Assembly (NCBI GenBank): GCA_021373135.1
Contig: JAJFTH010000003.1
Span: 898,435-962,434, forward strand
Direction: 5' to 3'
Origin: Bacteroidales bacterium
GTDB taxonomy: Bacteria > Bacteroidota > Bacteroidia > Bacteroidales > UBA1402
DNA: 64,000 bases
Each line of letters starts with the position of its first letter. Positions within the stretch are counted from its first letter, which is position 1. The translations under genes and the position numbers were made by a program. Below, one piece after another: positions 9,277 to 18,115 of this stretch. The notes beneath the pieces are model-generated. The model saw only the letters and a list, made by a program, of their open reading frames with translations. It searched no databases and was not told the DNA's origin.

Positions 9277-10239
9277 ATGAAAGGCAAACTACTGAAATTA
9301 AACACAGTGCTATTGCTAGGACTCTGTCTCACTCCAATGCAAGCGCAAACAGACACCATGTATATAATGAAAGCGGGCGCAATTATACACAAGCAATCTG
9401 TTAATTTAGCAGATGTTGACAGCATCATTTTCTACAAACCAGTGATAACATACCCTAACATCAACATCCAAACTGCCCTTATTCCTGCCGGCACTTTTAC
9501 CATGGGCAGCCCATCAACAGAAGTAAGTAGATTTTCAGACGAAACCCAACACTCTGTAACCCTTTCAGCTTTCCGAATGAGCAAATACGAGATAACCAAT
9601 GAGCAGTACGCCGCTTTTCTAAATGCCAAAGGCATTGGCAGCAACGGGCTGTATGCTGCAGGTGCTTATCCTACCCATGCTTTGATTTATGCCAATACAT
9701 CTTTGGGGTTAATCTATAGTGGCTCACGGTGGGTATCGGTAGCAGGTTACCAAACTTCGCCGGTAATAAATGTAACGTGGTACGGTTCTACTGAGTTTGC
9801 CACCTACGTGGGTGGCTCTTTGCCTACAGAAGCACAGTGGGAATATGCATGCCGTGCAGGCACCACCACTCCTTTCAACACCGGTAGTTGCTTAACAAAC
9901 ACACAAGCCAATTACTTTTGGCTATATCCATACGGCACTTGCTCCAATACCGTAACAACCTTCCCGGGTGAAACGCAGCCGGTGGGTACTTATGCGCCCA
10001 ATGGGTATGGTTTGTACGATATGCATGGCAATGTGTGGGAATGGTGTTCCGACTGGTACGGTATTTATCCAACAACCCCTCAGACCAATCCTACAGGTAA
10101 CGCCACAGGCTCGAACTACGTGATTCGTGGTGGAACTTGGAACAACGATGCTCGGTCTTGTCGCTCTGCTATTCGCATGCATTACAATCCGGACGATCAT
10201 GATTACTCTGTTGGTTTTCGGGTGGTTTTCGTCCCTTAG
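9277..10239 (+). CDS. formylglycine-generating-enzyme (SUMF1/FGE-sulfatase) family protein, secreted
   Basis: Signal peptide MKGKLLKLNTVLLLGLCLTPMQAQ. FGE-fold blocks GTFTMGS, HSVTLSAFRMSKYEITNEQY, LPTEAQWEYACRAG, YDMHGNVWEWCSDWY and RGGTWNNDARSCRSAIR...VGFRVV. Confidence 0.85.
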   Translation: MKGKLLKLNTVLLLGLCLTPMQAQTDTMYIMKAGAIIHKQSVNLADVDSIIFYKPVITYPNINIQTALIPAGTFTMGSPSTEVSRFSDETQHSVTLSAFRMSKYEITNEQYAAFLNAKGIGSNGLYAAGAYPTHALIYANTSLGLIYSGSRWVSVAGYQTSPVINVTWYGSTEFATYVGGSLPTEAQWEYACRAGTTTPFNTGSCLTNTQANYFWLYPYGTCSNTVTTFPGETQPVGTYAPNGYGLYDMHGNVWEWCSDWYGIYPTTPQTNPTGNATGSNYVIRGGTWNNDARSCRSAIRMHYNPDDHDYSVGFRVVFVP

Positions 10240-10325
10240 TTCATTGAGTATAAGTATCGCTCTTCCAAAGAATCAGGAGCAAGCCGAAAATCCTTTTTAA
10301 AGAGTAGGCAGATAAAACAAATACT

Positions 10326-11369
10326 ATGAAAAAAACTCTTTTATTCATGATGATTTTTTCATTTTCATTACTCTTTGCCGTAAGTGTAAATGGTCAAACG
10401 GATCCACAGGCTCAAAAACTAATTGATGCCATGCAGGAAAGAGATTGCGCCAAAGCCAACCTATTGGTACAATCTGTTAAGTCTGTTAATTATATAGACG
10501 CGGAAGGCAGAAGTCTGTTGATTTACAGCTCCTATTTTGGATGTACAGATGTGGTTAAATTTTTGTTGGATAAAAAAGTCAATATAGACATACAAGAACC
10601 TACGGGATTTTCCGCATTGATGTTTGCTTCACAATATGGAAAAACAGAAATAGCAAAGTTACTTATAGATCATGGGGCAAAGATGGATTTGATGTTATCA
10701 AATGGGTCTAAGGCTATTCATGTTGCATCGGAATCCGGATCTAACGATATCATAAAACTATTGTTGGACAAAGGAGTAAAGGTGGATTCACCGGATTCTA
10801 CCGGAATTACGCCTTTGATATATGCATCGTTATGTGGACAAATGGAAACGGTAAAGTTACTATTGACGAGTGGAGCCAAGATTGATTTACAGTCCTTGGA
10901 AGGGTTTACAGCTCTGTGGGCAGCTTCACAAAGCGGTAATACGGAAACAGCCAGAATATTATTGACTAACGGAGCAAAGGTCGATCTACAAGCTTTTGAC
11001 GGATTTTCACCATTAATGATTGCATGTCAAACCGGACAAACAAAAACGGCAAAGCTACTATTGGAAAGTGGGGCAAAGATTGATTTAATGTCATCCGACG
11101 GGTCTTTTGCTTTGCTTGCAGCAACGGTAAACGGACATAAGGATGTGGTACAATTGCTTTTGGATCATGGAGCAAAGATTGATTTACAAGCCTATGATCA
11201 ATTTACGGCCTTGATGATAGCTTCTCAATTCGGACATACGGAAATTGTAAAATTATTGTTGGAAAAAGGGGCAAAGGCTGATTTAAAAAACAAAGAAAAT
11301 AAAACCGCTTTTGACCTGGCAAAGAATGAAGATATTAAAAACTTACTTACGCCCTATTTGAAAAATTAA
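10326..11369 (+). CDS. ankyrin-repeat protein with signal peptide
   Basis: Signal peptide MKKTLLFMMIFSFSLLFAVSVNGQ, then about 9 consecutive 33-aa ANK units (e.g. EGFTALWAASQSGNTETARILLTNGAKVDLQ). Confidence 0.9.
   Translation: MKKTLLFMMIFSFSLLFAVSVNGQTDPQAQKLIDAMQERDCAKANLLVQSVKSVNYIDAEGRSLLIYSSYFGCTDVVKFLLDKKVNIDIQEPTGFSALMFASQYGKTEIAKLLIDHGAKMDLMLSNGSKAIHVASESGSNDIIKLLLDKGVKVDSPDSTGITPLIYASLCGQMETVKLLLTSGAKIDLQSLEGFTALWAASQSGNTETARILLTNGAKVDLQAFDGFSPLMIACQTGQTKTAKLLLESGAKIDLMSSDGSFALLAATVNGHKDVVQLLLDHGAKIDLQAYDQFTALMIASQFGHTEIVKLLLEKGAKADLKNKENKTAFDLAKNEDIKNLLTPYLKN
10476..11366 (+). repeat. 99-bp periodic tandem array (ankyrin units) inside the CDS
   Basis: The anchor GG(A/G)GC(A/C)AAG...GAT(T/C)T recurs at 10674, 10773, 10872, 10971, 11070, 11169 and 11268, spaced exactly 99 nt apart. 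Confidence 0.85.
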
Positions 11370-11513
11370 TATTTCACGAAACAAATACAGTGTGTATAAC
11401 CAGATGCTGGTTAATATTTTGCTCTTGGTTTAGCTGTGTTTATAGAAAAATGAAATGCCTTGAAAACGCAATATAGAAGAAGTATTATATATATTGACAT
11501 CAATATCAAATCA

Positions 11514-12647
11514 ATGAGATTTTTCAAACAATCATTCAAACCAAAAGGGAAACAGATGATGTTTATTATTTTTATTATTTTATTGGCTTGCATCGTTATT
11601 CCTTTTGTGATGCTGACTGCACACAGTCCCGGAAAACCCAAGCCTTTCACAGATGGAAACGGAACGCCTTTGCCTGGAAGTATTTCAGAAAAAATTCATG
11701 TTGATATCAATGGCATTAGCCAGGGAATGTTTATTAAAGGAAAGGATGCAACAAAGCCGGTGCTTCTATTTTTGCATGGGGGACCTGGTTTTCCAGAATA
11801 TGCGATTAGTTATAAATATCCTGTCGTTCTTGAGAATAATTTTGTTGTCTGTTGGTGGGAGCAGCGGGGAGCAGGACTTTCCTATTGTTCTGATATTCCG
11901 CTGGAATCTATGACATTCGATCAATTGATATCCGATGTTCTGGAAGTGACCAAATATCTTCGCAAGCGTTTCGGACAGGATAAGATTTACCTGATGGCTC
12001 ATTCGGGAGGAACTTTTATTGGGATTCAGGCAGCTGCGCGGGCACCGGAGTTTTACAAGGCTTACATTGCCGTGTCTCAGATGTCCTATCAGCTCGAATC
12101 TGAAAAGTTGGCATACAAATATATGATTGAACAGTTTACGAAACTCGGGGATAAAAAGATGCTTCGAAAATTTGAGAAATATTCCATCAATGATATAAAT
12201 ACACCTTCATACTATACCATGCGTGATGCGCCGATGCACAAACTTGGCATTGGCACGACACATCAGATGAAGTCTGTAATCAGTGGTGTCTTTTGGCCGG
12301 TAATGCTAAATAAAGAGTACACTCTATATGAAAAAATAAATATATGGCGTGGAAAATCTTTTACAACAAAGACTGCCCACCTGTGGAGTGACATCGCTTT
12401 AACCGATTTGACCAAGAAGGTACAAAAGCTGGATATTCCTGTCTATTTCTTTCATGGAATATATGATTTTACAATATCCTACCTTTTGAGTAAGGACTAT
12501 TTTGGAAAGTTACAGGCACCAATAAAAGGTTTTTACATCTTCAAACAATCCGCCCACAGCCCATTGTTTGAAGAGCCTGCAAAAATACAGGAGATTCTGC
12601 AGAAGGATATACTGACAGGAACAAACAGCCTTGCTGACATAAAATAG
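11514..12647 (+). CDS. alpha/beta-fold hydrolase (proline-iminopeptidase-like), N-terminal membrane anchor
   Basis: TM helix MMFIIFIILLACIVIPFVML. HGGPGFPE oxyanion motif, nucleophile elbow MAHSGGT, and a late catalytic His in SAHSPLFEEP. The track start at 11460 is TTG, and the first ATG at 11514 is preferred. Confidence 0.75.
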   Translation: MRFFKQSFKPKGKQMMFIIFIILLACIVIPFVMLTAHSPGKPKPFTDGNGTPLPGSISEKIHVDINGISQGMFIKGKDATKPVLLFLHGGPGFPEYAISYKYPVVLENNFVVCWWEQRGAGLSYCSDIPLESMTFDQLISDVLEVTKYLRKRFGQDKIYLMAHSGGTFIGIQAAARAPEFYKAYIAVSQMSYQLESEKLAYKYMIEQFTKLGDKKMLRKFEKYSINDINTPSYYTMRDAPMHKLGIGTTHQMKSVISGVFWPVMLNKEYTLYEKINIWRGKSFTTKTAHLWSDIALTDLTKKVQKLDIPVYFFHGIYDFTISYLLSKDYFGKLQAPIKGFYIFKQSAHSPLFEEPAKIQEILQKDILTGTNSLADIK

Positions 12648-12725
12648 CCCATTCATCGCTTGCCTGATGTTACTCACGATCTTCTTGTTGTAAGACATAT
12701 TGAAACAACAACTTAATCAATTACC

Positions 12726-14144
12726 ATGAAAAAAACCATTCTGATTTCGTTATTTTTAACCCAGTACTTTTTTTCTTATGCACAAATTGACACCGTAGTA
12801 ATAAAAGGGATAGTTCGCGGAAATGTAAAGGAGGTCAATATACAAATGTTGATGAATAATCCTATCAATTATGACAATGAGAGCTTTTCTGCGCCGGTCG
12901 ATGATAACGGTGAATTCGTTATGAAAATTCCTGTTACACGGTTGTCAAGAGGTAGAATTGTAGCCGGACGTTATTCTCATGATATATGTTTGCTCCAGTC
13001 GGATGATCTTTTCGTTGAAATTGAAAATGATACCATTAAATACTCGGGTAAAGGAGCCGATAAGAATAATTTTCTTTATTTCCTGGAGGTAAATGGATAC
13101 AATAATAGCAAATATTATGCTGAAGCAAATGACGTAAAGTTATCGCCGAAAGAATTTGCCGTTAAAATGGCCGAGTTCAGAGATAAAAGGATCGAACTGG
13201 CTAATAAATATAAACTGGAACAAACGTTTAAAGCGTATTTTCTTGCGGAGAATTCGTCGATATATGTCTCCTTAATGCAGGACTATCCAGAACGTTATGC
13301 CCATTTTAATAATGTAAGGGTCGATTCACTGGAAGTCCCGGCTGAATATCATAAATATTGGCAATTGAAAAACATTGTTAATGATCAATATGTTGTCTCT
13401 CCCACATATATCGAAGGTTTCGGGAAGTATATGTACAAAATGAGGGAAAAAATTAAAAACCAGTTAACAACGAATGCCGAACCTTTTAATCCGTCTCATT
13501 CTCTGATGATTGATTCATTAAAAGGCAAAACACAGGAATATGTGATGGCAGGGTTTATATGTAGCGGACTTTCTATGAGTAACCATGTGGATACCATCAT
13601 TTATAACAAATTCAAGGAAATAGCTAAAGATCTATTACCTATCGAAGTCGTAACAAAAGCTTTTGATAAATACAACCGGAAACAGATGCTTTTAGGTCAA
13701 CCGCTAAATAATGCGTTTGTCGAAACACAAGTGGAAGATACACTTGGTAATGTCCTTTCTTTTGGTGAAATGATAGAAAAATATAAAGGCAAAGTGGTTT
13801 ATCTGGATATCTGGTCACTGGGGTGTGGCCCTTGCAGGGTATCCATGCCGGCATCTAAAAAGCTAAAAGAAAAGTTGGCTGATAAACCTATCGTTTTTGT
13901 TTATCTCACATTGGATCGTAAGAATAAAAAGCTCTGGTCGCAAGTAGTCGAAGTTTCATTGTCCAATGATAACCATTATCGTCTCGTCAAGGGATTTGAT
14001 TCCGAATTTTTAAAATATTTGGAGATAGGCTGGGTGCCTTGTTATATGATAATTGATAAAAAAGGTCATCTAATGGATTTTTCGGCACCAAGACCCGACG
14101 AACAAAGATTAGAGCAGAAATTGTTAGAATTGGCAAAAAAATAG
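12726..14144 (+). CDS. TlpA-family thiol:disulfide oxidoreductase-like protein (thioredoxin fold, CGPC) with large N-terminal domain
   Basis: Signal peptide. The C-terminal thioredoxin-like region reads VVYLDIWSLGCGPCRVSMP with a CxxC active site. About 330 aa of unassigned N-terminal domain. Confidence 0.7.
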   Translation: MKKTILISLFLTQYFFSYAQIDTVVIKGIVRGNVKEVNIQMLMNNPINYDNESFSAPVDDNGEFVMKIPVTRLSRGRIVAGRYSHDICLLQSDDLFVEIENDTIKYSGKGADKNNFLYFLEVNGYNNSKYYAEANDVKLSPKEFAVKMAEFRDKRIELANKYKLEQTFKAYFLAENSSIYVSLMQDYPERYAHFNNVRVDSLEVPAEYHKYWQLKNIVNDQYVVSPTYIEGFGKYMYKMREKIKNQLTTNAEPFNPSHSLMIDSLKGKTQEYVMAGFICSGLSMSNHVDTIIYNKFKEIAKDLLPIEVVTKAFDKYNRKQMLLGQPLNNAFVETQVEDTLGNVLSFGEMIEKYKGKVVYLDIWSLGCGPCRVSMPASKKLKEKLADKPIVFVYLTLDRKNKKLWSQVVEVSLSNDNHYRLVKGFDSEFLKYLEIGWVPCYMIIDKKGHLMDFSAPRPDEQRLEQKLLELAKK

Positions 14145-14243
14145 AAACGTTGTTGATTAAAAAGGAAATAAAATAACACACAAAAGCTCCTGCAGTGTAT
14201 TCACCAAACGTTAGCGTCATGCTAACATAAAATAGGATAGATT

Positions 14244-15674
14244 TTGAAAGTTGAAAAATCAAATAATACCTTCTTAAGGACCACAATAACCATTTATTTT
14301 TTACTGGGGCTTATAGCTTTTAGTATTCGGCTCTATCTGAATTTCTCTCAAGAATTAATTCCTGGTGTTAACGGTGGTTATTATCCTTTACAAGTAAGGT
14401 CAATTTTAACAAATGGATTATTAGGGTTCTCTGATATGCCATTGCTCTTTTATTTTGACGCATACTTAATAAAGTTCATTACGTTTTTTGGTTTATCATT
14501 GACAGACACTCTGATAATGATTGTGGTGAAAATTGTTGACAGTTTTTCAATTCCACTATTACTCATTCCACTTTACAAAATTATACGGTTAGAGGGTCAT
14601 AAAACACCAATAATATTTGAAACGAGTATTATTTCTTTTGCCGTTCTTTCATTTTCACCGCTTATACTAACATCAGATTTACAAAAGAATGCCTTAGCGA
14701 TTACTTTTCTGTTTTGCTTTGTAGCCTATCTGCTGTCCTATCTGAATAATAAGAGAAGATTTGAAATGATCCTATCTATTGTCTTTCTGATTCTGACAGG
14801 ATTGACTCATTTTGGAACGTTTATAATCGCAGTATTGTTTCTGGTTTTGATCATTGGATATATTTATAAAAGAAAAGCGATAATACCCTTGTCAATAGTT
14901 ATTTTAATCGGTCTTGGTCTTATAGCTGTATTTGATATTACTCGTCTGAATAGGTTGTTTTCTGTTGGGGCATTGGCTTTTGAGAACTCTGCCCTTTTAA
15001 ATAAGATGTTGGCACCTCCGGATATTTTGATTATTTTAGTTTCAATCGTTCTTGCTGTCGTTGGTATAATCATCCTAAAAACAAAAAGCAGCAAATTAAG
15101 ATTAGTTCAAAAAGCAATTATTTTTGCTTGTATTGTTTGCTTGATTTTTCTTTCTTTTCCGCTACTTGACGGAGAATATTTTAAAAGGCTCAGTTTATTC
15201 TTATTCATTTTTCAAATACTATTCATACTTCAAATATCTTCGGTTATTAGCATTAAACAACATAAAGCGATAAGCATTTCCCTTTTCCTGTTTATTTTCC
15301 TGTCAATATTTGCAGTAACCGGGCATCCAAAAGAAACTATTATTGATAAAAATGCATACAAAGAATTAAAAGAGCTCAAATCTGTAATTAGGAATGATGA
15401 TGAAACGATAGTAATAGCAAGACACGGCCTTGAATGGTGGACTGCCTGGGCGTTGCATACTAAGGTCGGACAAGATAAAGCTATTGACAGTGAATTATTT
15501 AATAAATACAAAAGAATAATTTTTATCAATCAAATGAGTGGTTTTAGCGATGATAGTAAGAATACGCCATTCCATGAACCAAAAATACCCAGGAATTCTG
15601 AGATGATATTTTCAGCAGAATATTTCAAGGCGTTTAAATGGAATAATAACCAATCATTAGTGTCCCAATTTTAA
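14244..15674 (+). CDS. polytopic inner-membrane protein (about 11-12 hydrophobic helices) with C-terminal soluble domain; possibly GT-C-like glycosyltransferase
   Basis: 476-aa ORF, very AT-rich, with a TTG start in the track. Helices were judged by eye (e.g. TITIYFLLGLIAFSIRLYL, ALAITFLFCFVAYLLSYL, LSLFLFIFQILFILQISSVI). The architecture resembles GT-C/ArnT-PMT enzymes, but I saw no diagnostic motif. Confidence 0.4.
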   Translation: MKVEKSNNTFLRTTITIYFLLGLIAFSIRLYLNFSQELIPGVNGGYYPLQVRSILTNGLLGFSDMPLLFYFDAYLIKFITFFGLSLTDTLIMIVVKIVDSFSIPLLLIPLYKIIRLEGHKTPIIFETSIISFAVLSFSPLILTSDLQKNALAITFLFCFVAYLLSYLNNKRRFEMILSIVFLILTGLTHFGTFIIAVLFLVLIIGYIYKRKAIIPLSIVILIGLGLIAVFDITRLNRLFSVGALAFENSALLNKMLAPPDILIILVSIVLAVVGIIILKTKSSKLRLVQKAIIFACIVCLIFLSFPLLDGEYFKRLSLFLFIFQILFILQISSVISIKQHKAISISLFLFIFLSIFAVTGHPKETIIDKNAYKELKELKSVIRNDDETIVIARHGLEWWTAWALHTKVGQDKAIDSELFNKYKRIIFINQMSGFSDDSKNTPFHEPKIPRNSEMIFSAEYFKAFKWNNNQSLVSQF

Positions 15675-15762
15675 TGGGACACTAGTGACCAGAGGAATAA
15701 AAAATAAAGTTGGCAAATACAATTGTTATTCACGAGTGGAAAGAAATAATAAAGGCAATGAC

Positions 15763-17088
15763 ATGAAAACCATCATGAGATTATTAAGTGTATTTTCTGT
15801 GATTTTGTTCTTAAGTGTACTTTCATCGTGTGAAAGATCGGATCAATTAGATTCAGGAATAAACCCATTTAGCAATGGCGGGAATGAAAGGAATATAATC
15901 GTTGTTATGAGTGACTTGCATCTTGGTGCCAATCTTGCTTATGCTGAGTGCAACAATAACCTCGGTGCTCTTGAAAGAATGCTTAAAAAAATAAAAGCTG
16001 CCCCAAATGTAAAAGAACTTGTTATCGCCGGAGATTTGCTTGATGAATGGTTTGTGCCAGCCAACGTAGATACTTATCAGGGAAAGGATCAGGCTGATTT
16101 TGTAAAACGTATTGCCGCAACCAATAAAGGTGTGATTACCGCTATTAACAGTATCATACAGGACGGTAAAATATTAGTTACTTATGTGCCTGGAAACCAT
16201 GATTTGACCATTACCGCGGAAAATGTTGAAAGTATCTTTCCGGGGATAAACCAGGCAAGGGATACGGAGCAAGGTTTGGGCACTTATTCACCGGCCGGAT
16301 GTCCTACAATCGCTATCGAGCATGGCCACCGTTACAATTTCTTCTGTGCACCCGACCCGATTTCAAATCAGGATGTTGCACCGGGTACCATCTTGCCTCC
16401 AGGATACTTTTATACAAGAATAGCTGTACTCCATGTAATGCAAAAACCTTCAACACCGGCTGATACGGTACCGCTTGTTACACGAAATGCTTCGGGAGAT
16501 GTAAGCCAATATTTGCTGTTCATATATTGGAATATATGGAATAAAGCATTGACTACCTATATGATAGCAAACAAGTTTAATGAAAAGATCATCTTAACCA
16601 ATGTGGATGGATTCACAGGGACATATTCTGTAAACGATTTGTTACCCTACCAAACAACAGCAGGAGGATTAATCGATGTTAACCTTTATAAGGGCATTCA
16701 GGATACCTGGAACCAAAGACAAGCACTCAATCATGTCGCTGTCAATATTCCTATTGCCCAGGCAATTGCAAACGTTGGCAAGTCAAGTGAATCGGACTAT
16801 CAGGCAACGAATCAATACTTTTTGAATCCAAATTCAGATAAAAGAATTGTCATCTTTGGACATACCCATGATCCGAAAATGATTGCTTCCAATAACTATA
16901 ATGATCAAAAATCGATCTATGCAAACACCGGGACATGGATTGACCATAATACGGTAGCTACCACAACCATGACTTTTGTAGTAGTTACTCCACAGAGTAC
17001 TGATGCTTCTTCTCAAACTTTTGTAAAACTTTACAATTTTGAAAATGAAGTCGTAACAAAAATGGCTGAAGACTCATTACGCTATTGA
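15763..17088 (+). CDS. calcineurin-like metallophosphoesterase lipoprotein
   Basis: Lipobox LSVLSSC. Metallophosphoesterase blocks VVMSDLHLG, GDLLDEW, GNHD, EHGHRY and GHTHD. Start set to the ATG at 15763. Confidence 0.8.
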   Translation: MKTIMRLLSVFSVILFLSVLSSCERSDQLDSGINPFSNGGNERNIIVVMSDLHLGANLAYAECNNNLGALERMLKKIKAAPNVKELVIAGDLLDEWFVPANVDTYQGKDQADFVKRIAATNKGVITAINSIIQDGKILVTYVPGNHDLTITAENVESIFPGINQARDTEQGLGTYSPAGCPTIAIEHGHRYNFFCAPDPISNQDVAPGTILPPGYFYTRIAVLHVMQKPSTPADTVPLVTRNASGDVSQYLLFIYWNIWNKALTTYMIANKFNEKIILTNVDGFTGTYSVNDLLPYQTTAGGLIDVNLYKGIQDTWNQRQALNHVAVNIPIAQAIANVGKSSESDYQATNQYFLNPNSDKRIVIFGHTHDPKMIASNNYNDQKSIYANTGTWIDHNTVATTTMTFVVVTPQSTDASSQTFVKLYNFENEVVTKMAEDSLRY

Positions 17089-17306
17089 CAATAAGAAATC
17101 GTATAGTTAATATTTGATTTATTATAAAATTCCCCTATTTTTGATGAAGATAAGATAATCACGTTTGGTAAAACCATCCTCTACGTTGAAAACCAAATAA
17201 TTTGAGCATTATTTTTTAAAACATAGGGACTGAAACTGTAGGCGAATCAACCACAATCAATAGGAAATGGACTGTTTCAATGATAATGATTTAAAACATC
17301 TTAACC

Positions 17307-17876
17307 ATGAGAATAATAAAAATCGTATTGCTAAGTTTGACTTGCTTTATTTTTGTCGTTTTTGCCTTATTTGCATGTGATGACTATTTTAAAAATGGCG
17401 ATAATCCAAAGTCTTTGATTTTGTTTCAATATGAATATACAAATTGGGCTTGGGGTTACTCTCATAGTGGTTGGTTTATTGATAATCAAGGAAACGTAAA
17501 GGGATATAATATGCCTGATGATTGGAAATGGCCAGATAAATCCGGCTATATCGCATTTGATAGTTTGATTTTTAATTATCATCAAACGGACACTTTATAT
17601 TTCCAGATTGACATTTTATCATTGGCTGAAAAAACGAATTTAATTAAAGGGGCCATTAACGGAGAACTTTCAGATAAAGTATACAATGGAGCAGATATAG
17701 GGAAAATGGCTCTTTATTGTTATTATTGGGATCGTAAGAAAAATAAATATAAAAGGCAATTATTGGCAGTAACAGGAGATTATGGACAAATTAACACGAC
17801 TTCCAACGCGATACAACTGACCAATTATTTGATACAGATTGGAGAATTAAACAAATTATTTTTGTGGTTTCCTTAA
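17307..17876 (+). CDS. hypothetical small secreted protein or lipoprotein
   Basis: 189-aa ORF with an N-terminal hydrophobic leader ending ALFAC. Trp/Tyr-rich, with no recognised motif. Confidence 0.45.
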   Translation: MRIIKIVLLSLTCFIFVVFALFACDDYFKNGDNPKSLILFQYEYTNWAWGYSHSGWFIDNQGNVKGYNMPDDWKWPDKSGYIAFDSLIFNYHQTDTLYFQIDILSLAEKTNLIKGAINGELSDKVYNGADIGKMALYCYYWDRKKNKYKRQLLAVTGDYGQINTTSNAIQLTNYLIQIGELNKLFLWFP

Positions 17877-18115
17877 AATCGCTCCATACGCCAAAGCTTT
17901 TCTGGTCATCGTGATTGATAATTCCGCAAACGGGTAAATATTATTTATACGATTTTGACTATGACTTCAGTCTGGCTGATGAAACCATTTATAATTACTG
18001 ATGATTATTCTGTATATGAAATCAATGGAGATTTTAATTATATTCGTGCTGACAAAGAGATATGCTTCTGATACAATAGAGACATATTGACCAATAATAA
18101 ATTTGATACCCTACA

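Noticed and set aside
8991-9428. 145-aa minus-strand ORF in the gap after tRNA-Arg, overlapping the start of the FGE-like gene.
   Set aside because: The hydrophobic Phe-rich segments come from reading poly-A/T promoter DNA. It overlaps the signal-peptide region of a well-supported gene, and no motif is present.
10120-10239. Possibility that the FGE-fold C-terminus is a diversity-generating retroelement (DGR) variable region.
   Set aside because: FGE/CLec folds are common DGR targets. However, the window contains no reverse transcriptase and no template-repeat copy of the 3' 120 nt of the gene. There is also no run of Asn (AAC/AAT) codon-derived variability.
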